A DNA stretch of 64,000 nt from Saccostrea cucullata (Eukaryota), in NCBI RefSeq assembly GCF_032062105.1, contig NW_026930802.1, forward strand, positions 1 to 64,000. Reading direction: 5' to 3'. Of this stretch, positions 62,620 through 64,000 are shown piece by piece. Each line of letters starts with the position of its first letter. The stretch's first letter is position 1. The position numbers and the translations under genes are program-made. The notes under the pieces were generated by a model. That model was not told the DNA's origin, made no database searches, and was given only the letters and a program-made list of their open reading frames with translations.

Positions 62620-64000
62620 GTGTTTGTCTGTAGGATTAAAAAATCCTGTAAATATGACCGGAGGTTCTGTGATTATATTTGTGTAATTTATGGAAAACAA
62701 CACAAGCGGTCGTTTGCTTTGTATTACATGTATATGCTATGAATACTGAAAATAGGTACATCTTCCTATGGAATTATTAGTCATCGGAATCACATTTTCT
62801 ATTTATTGAGTAGGAAGAAAATACTGCACTATATCTACTAATGTCCTGCCCACTTTACACCTTACCTTTTTGCTTTCATATTTTTTCTGACCATTTGGCA
62901 ATTGCTGCACATCCTTTTTGTGATTGAACCTGTAGTAGAGAAATAAGAAACATTTTTTTTTATATTTCTTTTCCCTATTTAAATTTTATGTTATCATTAT
63001 ACATTTTATCCAAGAAAAGTTTTTATGTAGTGAACATAACTTTTAAAGTAGTCCAAATTAGCCAAACGCTTGTTCTTATAATAAAAACGACGGTTCGCGA
63101 TAAAGGCGAAGCGTTTAGATGATCACGACTACTTTTAATGTAATATTTTTTGTCTGCATTTCTATGATTTATTTATTGAATGTTTAAAATCAATAAATCA
63201 ATAATTAAAATGTATTGTTCTAGCTTATAGATAGAAAAAAAAACGTTCTTGAAAAATGGGGAAAATGCAATCAAGCGAATTAAGCGCCGCTCGCAAAGCA
63301 AGCTCTTCCGACAACACCTTGGTAAAGAGAAAATTCAGACTTGCACATTTATCCAATGGATGTTTTCTGCAGTAACTTCTGGAAAAACAATGCATGGAAA
63401 AGATGCGTATGCTATGTTTTTTCATAAGCATATTGTTTTTGTCCTGTGTGTATGTTTGTTTGCTTGTCTTCCTGTCTGTTATCAACTTTTCACGAGCCCA
63501 TAACTATTGCGCTGTCAAGGTTTCGTGTATACCAAGTAAGTCTACGTCTAGAATTGTGATTGTGTTACCATCGGGGGCATATTGCATAGTGTTTCACAAA
63601 CGCATCTTGAAAATAGTATATTTGTAATTTAAGCAATTTATACTCAATTATATCGGATTAGAATAAAATAACCTACATTTGTTAATTATCACCACATTTT
63701 TGCATGTTTTCAAAATTTCCCTTTGTAAATCTTTGATACTAGGCGCTGATACACAAATTAGTAGTTGTATATTGCAACAAATTAAAAATTTAATTCCTAA
63801 ATAAGCTTTCCATGGGTCAAGAAATCCTTAAGTCTCCTTCACTATCCAACAAAAACTATATAATATCTAATGTATGCCTTAAACCACATGAGTACATGTA
63901 TATGTATAAATTATAACACAAGAGAAAAGAAAACAAAGTCAGTAAAATAATTTTCTGTCGATGAAAACTTGTACGCTGGGATATAATATTTCCGTTTTTG

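Overview
AT-rich, intron-containing eukaryotic DNA. The 166-bp satellite-bearing Helentron-like elements, SINEs and EGF gene families point to a bivalve, most likely an oyster (inference). No prokaryotic features, rRNA, true tRNA or CRISPR array were seen. Main content: a tandem cluster of spliced genes, largely missed by the ORF track, encoding CED-1/Draper/MEGF10/SREC-like type I membrane receptors. Gene A (minus strand, 11739->6001) has a signal peptide, an F-type-lectin/F5-8-like domain and EGF repeats, and is truncated by a transposon. Four plus-strand paralogues follow: B 21636-36595, C 40111-43636, D 51256-57226 (pseudogene) and E 59804-62619. B, C and E splice into open frames (about 669, 487 and 320 aa): signal peptide, optional F-type lectin, variable EGF exons (all phase-1), TM helix and a short tail ending in an ITAM-consensus motif YxxL-x8-YxxL. 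The four appear to form a duplicated two-gene cassette (B+C, D+E). The rest is a transposon nest: an internally deleted Kolobok element, a decayed full-length ISL2EU element (THAP-DDE transposase plus SWIM-YqaJ exonuclease) inside a TTAA MITE, further TTAA MITEs, a 76-bp MITE with a 9-bp TSD, HINE/166-bp satellite arrays, tRNA-derived SINEs, palindromic elements, repeats with HDV-ribozyme-like topology, a 1.35-kb tandem duplication and a 144-N gap. All exon boundaries were inferred by eye from GT-AG sites and reading frame.
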